Shown here one piece after another: positions 13,635 through 60,600 of a stretch of 64,000 bases of DNA. Under the pieces are notes generated by a model. It saw nothing but the letters and a program-made list of their open reading frames with translations. It was not told the DNA's origin and did not search any database. Where the stretch lies: contig NC_043018.1 of assembly GCF_006345805.1 (NCBI RefSeq), positions 12,338,001 through 12,402,000 on the forward strand, in the 5' to 3' direction. Numbering within the stretch: position 1 is the first letter of the stretch; every line of letters starts with the position of its first letter. The translations under genes and the position numbers were made by a program. This stretch comes from Octopus sinensis (lineage: Eukaryota).

Positions 13635-13870
13635 ATGCACATCATCATCATCGTCGTCATTTGACATCTACCTTCCATGCTGGCAAGGGTTGGAGGGTTT
13701 GACAGGAGCTGGTAAGCCAGAGAGGACTGTGCCAAGCTCTGCTGTTTATTTTTGGCCTGGTTTCTATGGCTGGATGCCCGTCTTAATGCTGACCCCTTTA
13801 TAGAGTGGACTGGGTGCTTTTTACATGGCACCAGCACTAGCAAGGTCGCTAAGGAACTTGCAAGACAAAA
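13635..13870 (-). mobile_element. (GAT)n-tailed retro-repeat (RTE-type 3' end or SINE), degenerate
   Basis: CATCATCATC followed by CCATGCTGGC and GGTGCTTTTTACATGGCACC; homologous to the copy at 34179-34682. Confidence 0.6.
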
Positions 13871-14361
13871 ATCCCTTAACTGTGAAGGGGAGCTTTGTAC
13901 CGGGAGATGAGGGGTTAGTGTATGACAGAGGGATAGAAACAGGTATCATACTATACAGGTAGATACATGGTTATCCTTGTCAGAGTGGGAGAGTGGAAAA
14001 GGTAGAGGTGATGCGCCAGGGCAAACTCTCAAAGTACGAATATAAATGGAATTGTAGAGGATTGCCAAGGGTGCATGAATTAGGAGTTCACAAAAGTGCA
14101 AAAGTGGGAGAGGGGAGGGAATGCAGTGAGTGGTGAAACATGGGTATGTGACAGGAGCACAGGGCAGCAATAAGGCCCTTTCTAATACCAACCCCTGTAA
14201 AGTGGTTGTGGGTTGGGTGCTTTTATGTGGCACTGTATGAATGCTCTGCACAGGGCTTTTTGACATAGCCCCAGCACAGGACTGTTGCAGGCGAATCTCC
14301 TTAGTTAATGCTCAGCTGGTACTTGTTTAGTATTGATAATTGCTTGAATACATTGGGGTAG

Positions 14362-14870
14362 TCATCATCATCATCATTGTTTAACGTCTGCTTTCCATGC
14401 TAGCATGAGTTGGACGATTTGACTGAGGGCTGGCGAACCAGATGGCTGCACCAGGCTCCAATCTGATCTGGTAGAGTTTCTACAGCTTCATGCCCTTCCT
14501 AATGCCAACCACTCCAAGAGTGTAGTGGGTGCTTTTACGTGCCACCGGCATGAGGGCCAGTCAGGCAGTACTGGCAATGACTTCGCTTGAATCTTTTTAC
14601 ACATGCCAACAGCACAGGTGCCAGTAAGGTGATGCTGGTAATGATCCCGCTCAAATGGTGCCTCCTACGTGCCACCAGCACAGAATCCATTTATCCGCTC
14701 TGGCAACGATCACGCTAGGATGGTGCTCTTAGCATCCTACTAGCACGAGGCACAAGTGCCAGTAAGGCGAAGTTGGTAACGATCACACTCAAATGGTGCC
14801 TTTTATGTGCCACTGGCCCAGAAGCCGGTTAGCCACTCTCTCAACGATCACGCTCGTATGGTGCTTGTGC
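14362..14870 (-). mobile_element. (GAT)n-tailed retro-repeat with internal tandem subunits
   Basis: CATCATCATTGTTTAACGTCTGCTTTCCATGCTAGCATG terminus plus several repeated subunits of about 60-70 bp. Confidence 0.7.
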
Positions 14871-14884
14871 CCATTAAACATAAC

Positions 14885-15340
14885 TAATTCAGGAACTTTT
14901 TGAGCGTTGCCATCACCTCAGCTTGATTGTTTGAACCCTAGTTGGCTTTCATCTTTTTAACTCTATCTCATAGACTTTCTATAGGGTTCAGGTCAGGTGA
15001 ATGAATTATTTGGCACATTGATGTGAGGATTAGTAAACCAAGTAGTGGTTGGTTTGACATTCTGTGCAGGCGTTGAATCCTCTTAAAATGGGAATTCAGC
15101 AGCATGAAACAGCTTGTTGGTTGATTGAAGCATTAAAGTGCTTCAAGAGATTTTGATAAACCATGGTGTTGATTGTGATTCAGATTAAACACAGTGGTCC
15201 AGCACATGCGTATGACATTGCACCCAAACTGTCACTGACCGGAACTTCCAATCGCTGAGGTTGAAGAGTTTGGAGGAGGGCTGGAGAGGCACAGGACTAG
15301 GATTTTTGTACATCTGGGGCGACATTATTCAGTGCCTCAC
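14885..15340 (-). mobile_element. Tc1-like transposase catalytic-domain relic
   Basis: Across frameshifts: SVTVW-GAMSYACAGPL, EDSTPA..KPTTTWF and SPDLNPIESL*DRVK (DD34E-type motif). Confidence 0.8.
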
Positions 15341-15514
15341 ACACATCAGTTTTTAGATGGTAGTCTGTAATCTGAGAGAGATTTGGCTACAGTTCTTTTT
15401 TCTTTTTTTCATATTAAGCAAAACATTCTCTTCTTGGTTTGACCCTGGTTGGTTCTGACGAAAATATACTCGTCTTTCTGTATCCTCAACTTTTAAATGG
15501 TTACATTCCTATTA

Positions 15515-15907
15515 CTCTTTTACTTGTTTCAGTCATTTGACTGTGGCCATGCTGGAGCACTACCTTTAGTTGAGCAAATCGACCCCAGGACTTATTCTTT
15601 GTAAGCCTAGTACTTATTCTATCGGTCTCTTTTGCCGAAACACTAAGTTACAGGGACGTAAACACACCAGCATCAGTTGTCAAGCGATGTGGGGGGGACA
15701 AACACAGACACATAAACACACACACACATATATACATATATATATGATGGGCTTCTTTCAGTTTCCGTCTACCAAATCCACTCACAAGGCTTTGGTCGGC
15801 CTGAAGCTATAGTGGAAGACACATGTACTAGGTGCCACGCAGTGGGAATGAACCCAAAACCATGTGGTTGGTAAGCAAGCTACTTACCACACAGCCACTC
15901 CTGCACC
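15515..15907 (-). mobile_element. tRNA-derived SINE with internal (TA/CA)n microsatellite (family A)
   Basis: Head GCAGGAGTGGCTGTGTGGTAAGTAGCTTGC with A/B-box-like motifs and tail ..TGACTGAAACAAGTAAAAGAG. Confidence 0.85.
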
Positions 15908-16479
15908 TATATTGTATATTGTTTCATAATATTGTGTACAATTTTTTCTTCTTAGGTCAGTAAGTGTTATTTCCTATTTGCTTCTGTGTAGAAGTCAAAG
16001 GAAACGGCTACTATTCCCTTCAAACTTTGACCTGGACCTATTTTCCATTGCATTTCAGACAGATTCAGCACTGAGTTGCTGAAGCAGGAATATCGTTATA
16101 GCAAATATTCTGTTCAAAACCACAGATTTGCTTGTCAGTTGCTTGACCTTAACCACTTGAACATGTCCCTTGGTGGCTGACAATATGTGCATCTCTGATT
16201 ATGTACAGGAGTAGTGGGGGGGGGCATCATAACAATGTGTTAAGATTGGATTTTCTGGGATTTGAATAAATGTAAGAAAAGCAAAGTTTGAAAGAAATAT
16301 TAGTCATTTTTCCATACTTTCGATGGATAAGCAAACAGGAAATACCAGTTGCTCCCCAAGGACAATAATCTGTTACATTTTCTGTAATAGAAGCCAGACG
16401 TATACAAGTTGACCAACCTTATTCAATAATTAGATTTTTTTTTCTATACTTATTTGGTTGCAAATTCATAAATGAAGAA

Positions 16480-17026
16480 TATTCTTTCTTTCTTTCTCTC
16501 TTTCTTTCTTTCTTTTGCCAATTCTTTCAAGGTCTTCTTCAGATCCCCTATAATTAGCCGCATCATCTCATCCTCTTTATTAATTTAACTTGTAAACAAC
16601 CATCAGCATTATTACAATGCTCACTGCCATCATACTTATATATTTTCTCTTTAAAACTTTGAATTCCGAGTAATTTCATCACTGCTTACTTATATTAATA
16701 TCTACTCTCTCTCTCTCTCTCTCTCTCACACACCATATCTCTGAATGTGTGTGTGTACCTACCTATATTTACAGCTCTCTCTCTCTCTCTCTCTCAACTC
16801 ATTTCTCCTTCCCTCCCTTCTTCCCCTCTCTATCGAAGTATTTCCAATCCTCCATATTTCTCTTCCCAACTCTATCTTTATATCCATTTGGTGTATCCCT
16901 CCCTATCTTGCTCTCTCTCCCTTTCTCTCTCTCTCTGTTTCCATGTCTCTCGAATAATACGGTCTGCCTGCCTATAGATCTTATTCATTTTTTACTTCTC
17001 TCTTTCTTCCTCCCCCTCTGTGTGTG

Positions 17027-17057
<31 letters not shown>

Positions 17058-17120
17058 GCTATTCTTTTCTATTTTCTTCACTTCCTTTTCTTTCTCTCTC
17101 TCTCCCTCTCTCTCTCTCTC
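16480..17120. repeat. Pyrimidine-rich (CT)n/(CA)n low-complexity tract
   Basis: Read directly from the sequence. Confidence 0.85.
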
Positions 17121-18868
17121 CGAATGCTGTATTTTTGCTCCTTTTACAGTTCCTCAGTTGTGTTGTTAATAAAGTCAATAGAGGAATATAGATCTGATCG
17201 ATTAGCTCAGTCCCCCACCCACACACACAAATACCCACCCACCTACCCAATGAAAAGATGGAGTTAAACCGTAATGTCGTTCGTTGTTCTCCACTGAGCT
17301 TTTGCTGCTGCTACTCCCACCACCACCACCACTACTGACTCTGCTACCATCTCAACTGATTAACTGAAAATGCCTCCCTTTCATGTAACATGTGGCTCCT
17401 CTTGGAATCGTCTGAGCAAAACTGACTCCACTTGGTGTGTGCATGCAATGCATTGGTGTCAATATGTCGTTAGGGATGAAAGTGTATGCGTGTGTGTATG
17501 TGTGTGTGTAATATGTTAATGGTGATGGTGATGATGATGATGTGCGTGTGTGTCTGAGTATAACAGTGATATCGGTAATGATGGTGTTGATGGCGACACA
17601 AATGCAAACATATAATCAGTGGTTGTGTGTGTGTATCTGCATGTCTGTCTGTCTATCTATCTATCTGTCTGTCTGCCTGTCTGTCTGCCAGTCTGTCTGT
17701 CTAATAACAAAGGCAAGCTATTCACAATACAAAGCCAAAAAGGAAAAATTCATTTGCCACTAATTGTGACTGATGGTGCAGGGTAGCACCTACATTGCTA
17801 GAAATAAGAGTTTAAAACCCCCTCAGAGCCACAAGGAAGCACATATTCATACACTGACAGGGGAGGTAACCACCCCACAGCAAGCGAGATCACTATACTC
17901 ATCTCGTTTTGCTTAAAATTAAATCTCATCTGTAGTGACCATCACTGGATGGTTTGGCTAGATCCTGCCGATCAGTATTGAGTATTTACCAGATGGATCA
18001 ATGGCTCGTCCAGCAACAGACCCTCGCTGTTTTCATTCTGTTCCATCCACATTTATGTTATGAATTTTTTTTTTTTTGGTGGTTCATTTTAAGACTGTTG
18101 GCAATGACCATATAAGGAAGACAGAATAAATAAAATAAGCAAAAACATGTCATCCATTGTTTGTCACTAATGAAGAATATATTACATATGTTTGCATTGG
18201 AGACCAAGAGAGATTGATATGGTTGTTATCTCTTGTTAGAGAAACATGGCCAATGATTTATTAGGGGAGTATCTGACTTGTATGTCAATAAAGGTGATAG
18301 GGTACTCTATAAACATTACACCTTACAATTTTTTTTATTGTAGTTAGAATAATGGAAAGCCTTCACAGTGTTTCCCTTACTCAAGATTCTGGCACAACTA
18401 ATGTTCATTTTGAGGGCTTCAAGGAAAACCCAAGCAAAGTTCTCAGAAGGAAAAACTGGTTAGAGTGGTTAGTGAAGGGAATAAATGGGTGGGGCACACA
18501 ATATGAATAATAAAACGAGAGGGTCACAAGTGCTTGAGCAGGTGTGGCATGAGACTAACCAAAAAGAGTTGAGGCAACTGTGCCAGTTGCAGAGAATGAA
18601 GAGAGAAGAGAAAGGACAGAGATGATGTTGTTGTCAAATTGTCATCATTATTAAAATCCTTTATAGTTTATCTTAGGCTATTCCCAGTCAGGTCCGTCAC
18701 CCATTGGCAATTTTGTTTCTGTATCAGTGTCTTTTACTGGTTGTTTAGCATTTTTAATATTATCTGTTTTCAGTTTCTCCACATCTGTTTTGATTATATT
18801 GAGCCAGATCTACTTTTGGTGTTATTTTGTGTGTTTTTGGTGCCTATGTAGTAACAATATGATATATG

Positions 18869-19100
18869 CGAGCTAGCAGAAACGTTATCATGCTGGACGA
18901 AATGCTTAATGGTATTTCGTCTGCCATTATGTTCTGAGTTCAAATTCCGCCGAGGTCGACTTTGCCTTTCATCCTTTCGGGGTTGATAAATTAAGTACCA
19001 GTTACATACCGGGGTCAATGTAATTGACTTAATACCTCTGTCTGACCTTGTTTGTTTGTCCCCTTTATGTTTAGTCCCTTGTGGGCAATAAAGAAATAAG
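18869..19100 (+). mobile_element. SINE with Tx1-like 3' tail and 10-bp TSD
   Basis: Head and core match the TTA-tailed SINEs, but the tail is TTGTCCCCTTTATGTTTAGTCCCTTGTGGGCAATAAAGAAATAAG. ATGATATATG occurs at 18859-18868 and 19101-19110. Confidence 0.85.
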
Positions 19101-19771
19101 ATGATATATGTATTTGAGCATTCTTTTTTCCTGGAACATATGGCAACCCTCAGTGAACAGTACAAATGCAGATTGCACCAGCTGAATGCATGGAACTAAT
19201 CTAAAAGAGGAGTAACTATGAATAAAAAAAAATAAAACTGGTCAATGTGGACTTTTTAATTTTTACCATTCCCAACTTCTCAAAAGCCAGTATCACAATA
19301 GAATATTGTGTAAAGTGGTTGATGATATAAAGGGCAGCCATTTCTAAGAATTATGGTCCCTTACTCCACAATAACGAAGATGGTTAATTTTCACCATTGC
19401 CGTTAACCCATCCAACCCATTCCTAAGTCATTGCTACTTCATTGGTCAAATATCAGCTCTTTAAAGCATTTGATTATGCATTCAAAAGGGTTGGGAGTTG
19501 AAGGGAGGAAGCATAATTTCATATTTTGAAAAGGATGCAAGTGAGAAACTAGATGAAAATTCTTTGGTAAAATTTATCAAAGAAAGAAAGAATCCTAGTG
19601 AAATCTCTTTTTATAAACTGCACAACAACCATAACAGTCCAATTGATGAATAATAATCATGTTAAAGCTCTTATCAATATTTTAATATTCGTCCATTTGA
19701 AATATAAAACTTACCATAAATATATACATAAATAAGTGAAATTTATATATATAAATATATACATATTTTAT

Positions 19772-19931
19772 GCGCAGGAGTGGCTGTATGGTAAGTAGCT
19801 TGCTTACCAACCACATGGTTCTGGGTTCAGTTCCACTGCGTGGCACCTTGGGCAAGTGTCTTCTACTGTAACCTCGGGCCGACCAAAGCCTTGCGAGTGG
19901 ATTTGGTAGACGGAAACTGAAAGAAGCCTGT

Positions 19932-19997
<66 letters not shown>

Positions 19998-20192
19998 CAT
20001 GTGTGTTTGTGTGTCTGTGTTTGTCTCCCCCACCACCACCACCAACACCACTTGACAATCAATGCTGGTGTGTTTACGTCCCCATAACTTAGCTGTTTGG
20101 CAAAAGAGACCGATAGAATAAATACTAGGCTTACAAAGAATAAGTCCTGGAGTTAATTTGCTCGACTAAATGACTGAAACAAGTAAAAGAGA
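19772..20192 (+). mobile_element. SINE family A
   Basis: Near full-length match including the long internal (TA)n. Confidence 0.88.
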
Positions 20193-20589
20193 CATAAATA
20201 AGTGAAATTATAGAAACAGTCAAACTGAAAATTTAATTAGCTTTAATGAGACATTTGCAATATTCAATAAGTTCATTTAGATGTACATACATGCACTGAA
20301 AAAAATAACCCACAACAACAGATATAAATCAACTTTTAATTGGTATTTTCAATAAATATAATTAATTCAAGCAACTGTACCAATTTCCCATACAGAAATA
20401 GGTCTTGCATCCATTGAAAAGAAATCGATATTTTTATCGATCCATCAGCTGAGGCAAAGTTGTTAGAGCCAGGAATAAGAATGTCTTGCAACATTTAATC
20501 CATCCTGTGCCTGAGTCTAAATTCTACAGGGGTCAGCTTTTGCACTTTATCTTTACAGGCTTTATAAATAAAAGGGATCAACCTCAGTG

Positions 20590-20872
20590 CAAGCCTCGTA
20601 CTTATTCTATTAGTCTCTTTTGCCAAACCGCTAAATACAAGGCGTAAACACACCAATACCAGTTGTCACGTGATACTGGAGGACAAATGCAGACACATAG
20701 ATACATATGCGACAGGCTTCTTTCAGTTTCCATCTAATAAATCCACTCAGAAGGCTTTGGTTGGCCCAAGAATATAGTAGAAGATACTTGCCCAAAGTGC
20801 CACACAGTGGAACTGAACCTGTAACCATGTGGTTGGGAAGCGAGCTTCTTACTACACAGCCACACTTGCACC
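20590..20872 (-). mobile_element. SINE family A
   Basis: Reverse-complement match to 19772-20192. Confidence 0.82.
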
Positions 20873-21864
20873 CATTTGTGGGATCTATTGTACATTAGAT
20901 AAGATGCATCACCTGTGGTAATGACTGGTTTTCAACAACTGCTGCTACGTTTAAATTTCTGCATGTAGCTTTTACTGATTCGAAGGAACCTTTACATAGT
21001 CGCCTAACCTGCTTTAAATAGCATTGGAATGCCCCAAAATGACCCCCACTACTGATGTTTAAAATGTTATAAACTGATGTGGTTGGAATGTCTTTGACCA
21101 TAGGCCTACTCAGTTAGTGCTGTGACCAAGAGGTTTACTTAATTAGTGCTGATAACAAGTACTGCTGATTTAATATATTTAGTGATAAGTTAAATCACTC
21201 AATGGGTCAGCACAGTATCTGTGAAACCCTGATATAACTAAATTATGTTAACTTGGGAAGAATTCAATCCAGGCCTGTAAGTCTTCAAAATACTCTTCAA
21301 TGTAGGATTCGACAATTCTCTTGTTTGGTTGTAGGCACAATCGGTCCTGTTTTTTTGTTTATATTTCTGCCTAAGTTTATATTTCTGCCTAAGTTGACTG
21401 GTTTGCTGTTCATTGTCAATTGTAGTAACATTGTACAGTGCAATTCTAGTAACATCAAACAGACTTGGAATTCTTTGTTTCTAAGCTCATCTGACATCCT
21501 TCCAATTCATCCACCATAACTTACTTGATGTCTGTTTAGTTAAAAAAAAAAAAAAACAGATATCATAGCTTTAGAATCGTAATGAATTCCAAATCAAGAG
21601 GACACTTGGCAACCAAAGACTCGACTTCGTACTTTTGTGTAAGATATCCTCAAGATATCACACTGATGTTATTTGATATTGTTCTAGGGAACATTTCATT
21701 TTAAATCTTTTCTTCTTTAATGGTGATGGGGGTGGGGGTGTCTTAATTCTTAGAACTGAATACAAAATTACTTAGATTTGGATGTAGAATCTGTAGAACA
21801 ACTTATTGAATCATTTATTTATGATCAGAACTGTGAAACCTAAAATTTTAAAAAAATTCTGGAA

Positions 21865-22085
21865 AATAATTCTTTCTACTACATGTACAAGGCCTAAATA
21901 TTTTGAAGTAGGTTCTAATTGATTACATTGACCCCAATTTTCAACCGGTACTTATTTTATCAACCCCCAAAAGATGAAAGGCAATGTCAGCCTTGGCAGA
22001 ATTTGAACTCAGAACATAAATCTAGAAGAAATGCTGTGAAGCATTTCGTCTTGTGCGCTTATGATTCTGCAAGTTCACTGACTTA
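21865..22085 (-). mobile_element. (TTA)-tailed SINE
   Basis: Same core and tail as 6293-6507. Confidence 0.72.
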
Positions 22086-22883
22086 TGCAAAAGGATGAGG
22101 ATGAAGAGAAATATCAATTACATTGGGCAAATTTTCATTATTTCCCATCCAATAGATGAGATGTTGTGTATTAATATTGGCCAATCCACTTCCATTATTG
22201 ACCTTAATCCATGGCAAGGTCGGTAACTTCATTAAATCTTGCATTACATTTGCTGGAACTTTATTATCTTCACAAACCAACAAGGGAACCAGTCTGTGAT
22301 CATTCAGCCTGGAGAAGTAACAATCAAATTCCCGCATTGCATCCTACCGTTTTAAAGAGAAACTGAGATGGTCACAACTAGAATGCCTCCGGTCATAAGG
22401 TCTCTTCAGTCAAGGCTGACCTTGAGCTAAACAACAACAATATCAACAATAACTGAACATTCAATTATAAAATGGGTTTTCACAAGCCCACTTTCAACCT
22501 TAGATACAAGAGATAGATACAAGGTTCAAATCCCATCATTGATCATATTTCTCTTGTCTCTCTTACACAAAATTCTTACAATGTTTGGTATCCTGTTAAA
22601 TCTGTGACTGATGGGAAATACCCAGGCCCACTTTTTGCATGACTCTAGGAAAATTTTTCAAGGACACCTTCTGCATGAAAAATGCTTATTTAAGCCAGTT
22701 CTAACATATTCAATGTGTTTCTTTTTCTTTTGCAACTGTTTTATATCTTAATTCCAGATTGGTCCTTGTAATATCTGAATCCCTTTGAATCTATGTTTCT
22801 GTTTATTTCCATCCTGATTCTTTTCCATGTGTCTCATGTGGTAACTAGTATCCTATTAAATGCCTGCTTTTATTTATTTGCAG

Positions 22884-56497
<33,614 letters not shown>

Positions 56498-57315
56498 TGA
56501 CAAGGCAACTGACTTGACGACAACTTTACATTTCAAACCAATAATGACAAGAAACCAAACTGTCAAGATCAAACAGTTTGTTTTTTACTGGGGTTGTACG
56601 TTAGAGTTTGTTTTTTCTCTTCAGTAACTTTGGAATCAGTGAAGTTCCAAACGTGAGTGATACAGATGTGGAAATAAAAGAAAATGTTTAACAAAAATTT
56701 AGAAAAATTACAAAAAATTTACGAGGTCTATACAAAGAGCGAATTTTGAAAGAAAACAAATGCCTAAATATTAGGACGCCTGCTCTTAGCCCCTCTCCCT
56801 GTTTTTAAGCTGCTGTTGCTGGTACAGTCAAATACAGATGTCTTTTCTTTTTCATTTTCTTTTCCTCTTTTTACAAGTTAACTTTCTTTCTCCAGTATTC
56901 TGATCTCATAAGGACCCATAATCCTCAGTTGCTTTCACAAACTAAACATATCACACTACACATTATTTTATGGAGTTGCTTCCACTTTTTATTTTCTCTT
57001 TCACAAGTTTTCTAACTATATCCGTCATTCTGTTAATCTATCCATATTTCATTTCTACTTTTCTGTACCTATCTAGCTAGTTCTATCGCTAATTAACCCT
57101 CTATATATTTGACTAAGTTGGTAGCCAACTATCTAACTATCTTTTTAGCTTCTCAACTAGATAGGCAACTACTTACCTATTTGTTTACATTTCTATCTGC
57201 ATTTATCAATATCAAACTATCCACCTACTGACCTATAGAGCTGATTACCCATGTGTCTGAATAGCTAATTTACTTATATTAATCTTGCTAGCTACCTAGC
57301 ATGCTGATTTCTACT

Positions 57316-57360
<45 letters not shown>

Positions 57361-57573
57361 ATGATGATATATATGCATCTATCTATCTTTAACTAGCCAG
57401 CCAGCTAGCTAGTTACCTACCTACCTCTCTAACTAGCTATCAATATCTATTTACCTACTTATCTATCAAGCTGACAACTATCTAAATAGCTTCCTAGCTA
57501 GCTAACCACCTACTTACCTATTTTAGAATCATACTATCTAGTTAGCTAACCCTCTCTCTCTCACTCTCCGTAT

Positions 57574-57615
<42 letters not shown>

Positions 57616-60600
57616 CATACACACTTCATAAAGTGGACTTAATGATTTAGATACAAAGAAGATGATTCATTCAGGAAAAAATCCTCATCAACGGAGGATG
57701 AAAGAAAAATAAGGCCATCCCATAACTGTAAACTTCTTTACAACAGACTAATTCATTCCACTTCATAACTTTCTTCACTTCTCTATTTGCTGAAGTAAAC
57801 CATTTCCAATTTCCTCTGGTCCTAATGATTCACTTGTAAATCTAGTTATTCGACTATCTGTATATGTTTCTACATATGCAGATAGTCTACAGCTAAATAG
57901 ATAGCTATCTAAATACACCGTTATCTCTGTAGTATTGGCATGAATTTAAAAAATTAAAACCCCCAAATTTTATTTTATTCTGTTAATTAACAATCAAGAT
58001 GGAAATATTTAATGCTCATTAATAATAAAAGATTCATAATAATGATTAAATAGTTTAACTTAGTTAATCTTTCCTTTCTACTTGTAAATATCAGCTGGAT
58101 CTGAATTAAAACAAAATCATATCCACACACTCACATAAACACAATTACATATCAGATATCATCTCATCTCATATCATGCTCGATAAAAGCCTAGCCTTGG
58201 TGCTGAGACTTAATGTAAATCAAATAAACATAACAAGTGAGTTACTTGAAATTTCAGTCACTCAGCTCTTTTGAATCCTGTCTCCATATTTATGGTAATT
58301 ATGGAAAGAATTTTGAACTATTTTCCTTTAAAACTTCTGCGGCTGTTAAATTGGATAACTCTTCAATAGTAATGAGTCGTTCTTTGACTGTCAATTGTTT
58401 TAATCTTGGAGAAATTCAAAAAAAGGTTTCTGTTTAATTGAGGAAGTACAAATGTGTAACTAAAATGAGTTAAAGGCGTTTCATACATCAATTCCTATTA
58501 TGTGGGGAATGTGAAAACAGTGGCGGAAAGGGAAGGTGGGTGGATATTACAAAAGGTAAGTTACAGGAATAAGAAGAAGGAGGAGGTTGGAAAAGGAAAA
58601 AGGGCAAATATGATTTTAGTCATGTAAAGGTGGTTTATCTCAGTTCCATAATAGTAGCTGTTCAAAGAACTTGCATCTCCTGAACATCTCTGATCTGGTG
58701 TTCAGTAAATGCAAGCACTTTGTAAAGCATCTAGTACAGAACTGGGGGAATCTACCTTTACTGGACAAAACCACACAGATGCATGCAAAGCCATCTATGA
58801 TTCACTTTTTTATCTTTACTCTATTTCCTCTTCTCTTTTCTCTCCTTCTAACTTAATTTGTTTTCTTATCTCATCTGTCCCATCCTCCTTTATATCCCAT
58901 CACACTCATATTACACATGTCTTCCTCTGATTTTAAAGAAAAAACAATTTTTTTTTTTTTTGTTTTTTTCCCCAATTTCACCAAGATTAAAATCATTGAT
59001 ACTCAAAGAACATTAGCTTGCTAATACTATCAAAGAATTATCCACTTTAGTAGAAGCTGGAGTTTTAAAGGTAAACTTCTTTTAAGACTTTCCATAACAC
59101 ATGGAAATATCAGGCTTGAAAGAGCAGTGTGAAGGTAGCCCACATGTGTATGTGTATATTTGATTTAAGTAGATATATATATATATAGATAGATAGATAG
59201 ATACTTGTATCAGCATGTATGTACGAAGTAAAATGGAGAAAAGAGCACTTGAATAACAAAGTTTCGAGTTTAAATGAAACGGAAAAGCTTCAGAAATTAT
59301 CACTCCATGTTTCACGTTGCTGATTGTCAGATAGAAGGAAACTTTTAGAACAATACAATGTGTTGTTTTAAAAGTTCACTTCTGTCTTATCATGGTTATG
59401 TGAAACACAAATAACAGTTTGTGAAGTTTCAACTCCAATAAAATTGTGTGTGCGTGTGTGCACACACACACACACACACACAAATATATGGAGAAAAAAT
59501 TTTTGTAAAATGTAAAACCAATTCTTTGTAGCTTTGGCTTGCCCCTTTTTTTCTTTTTTTTTTTTTTTTTTTTTGTTTAATTTATTACCTTTACCCCTAC
59601 CACCAATTAACAATTCTGACCAAATTTTGTTGAATGATGCAGAATGTTGCATCGAGAACCAGCTGGCAGAGAATTTGCCTGGGGTTAAAATAGTAGTAAC
59701 ATTCACCTGCCATTTTGATGTAGCAACTCGCTCTACTGTTTAGTATAAATATAATATAATTAAGATTTGGTTGAATTAGGTACTGAAATTGAGGCCCCTT
59801 GTTAGGTTGATCAAATTTGCACACCCAAACAATATCAGGTGAATAACAAACTCTGTGCAGAAGCGTTTGTTGCACTTGATATTCTTGCAATGGATGCAGA
59901 TAACATGACCCAACTTAGTGAAAATATCTGCTCTTGGTTGTTCAGACATGTACTTTATATAAAAAAATACTTTCTCTAATATTTCCAAAGTGCAGATTCC
60001 AGGGTAGGTGAATAAAATATAAATGAATAACAAAGATTTTACAGGTGTCATTCATTACGGCCGTTTCAAGTGACTGCTTTAATTGATTAATGAAAACATT
60101 AAACCACTGCAAAGAAACCATATTCATCAGATGACAGCAAAGACTTCACACACAAAGGATAACCTAACCTTTGTATTTGAAGTCTATGCAGTCATCTGAT
60201 GAAAATGGTTTCTTTGCAATGATGTAATGTTTTCATTAATCAATTCAAGGACTTGCTTGAAACGGCCATAATGAATCAACACCTCTACATCTTTGTTACT
60301 CATTTATATATATATATATATATATTCTTTTATCCTTTTGCTTTTCAGTCTTCTTGACTGCAATCATTTAAAAAAAACAGTAGTTATGTAGAATAATGTT
60401 GTGTATAGAAGAAGACAATGTCTTTGCTGTCTGTACAGAATCAAAAGAAACTAATTTGTTGTGGGTGAAGAGAACAGAGCAGTGGGTAGGGTGTCTGTGT
60501 GAACTTGGTATGTGCAGAATTAGAACCCACTGATTCTCTGTTTGAAAACCCAAAAGCTAAAATTACAAAATACCAAAAGTATGAAACATATCCTCTGTTA

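Noticed and set aside
17930-18050. Short imperfect hairpin, possible small RNA
   Set aside because: The stem is weak and there are no C/D, H/ACA or tRNA features.
19772-19850. tRNA-like A/B boxes in SINE heads
   Set aside because: These are SINE promoters; no full cloverleaf, so no tRNA gene is called.
59597-60051. Cys-containing minus-strand ORFs in the putative 3'UTR
   Set aside because: No recognisable domain or clear exon boundaries.
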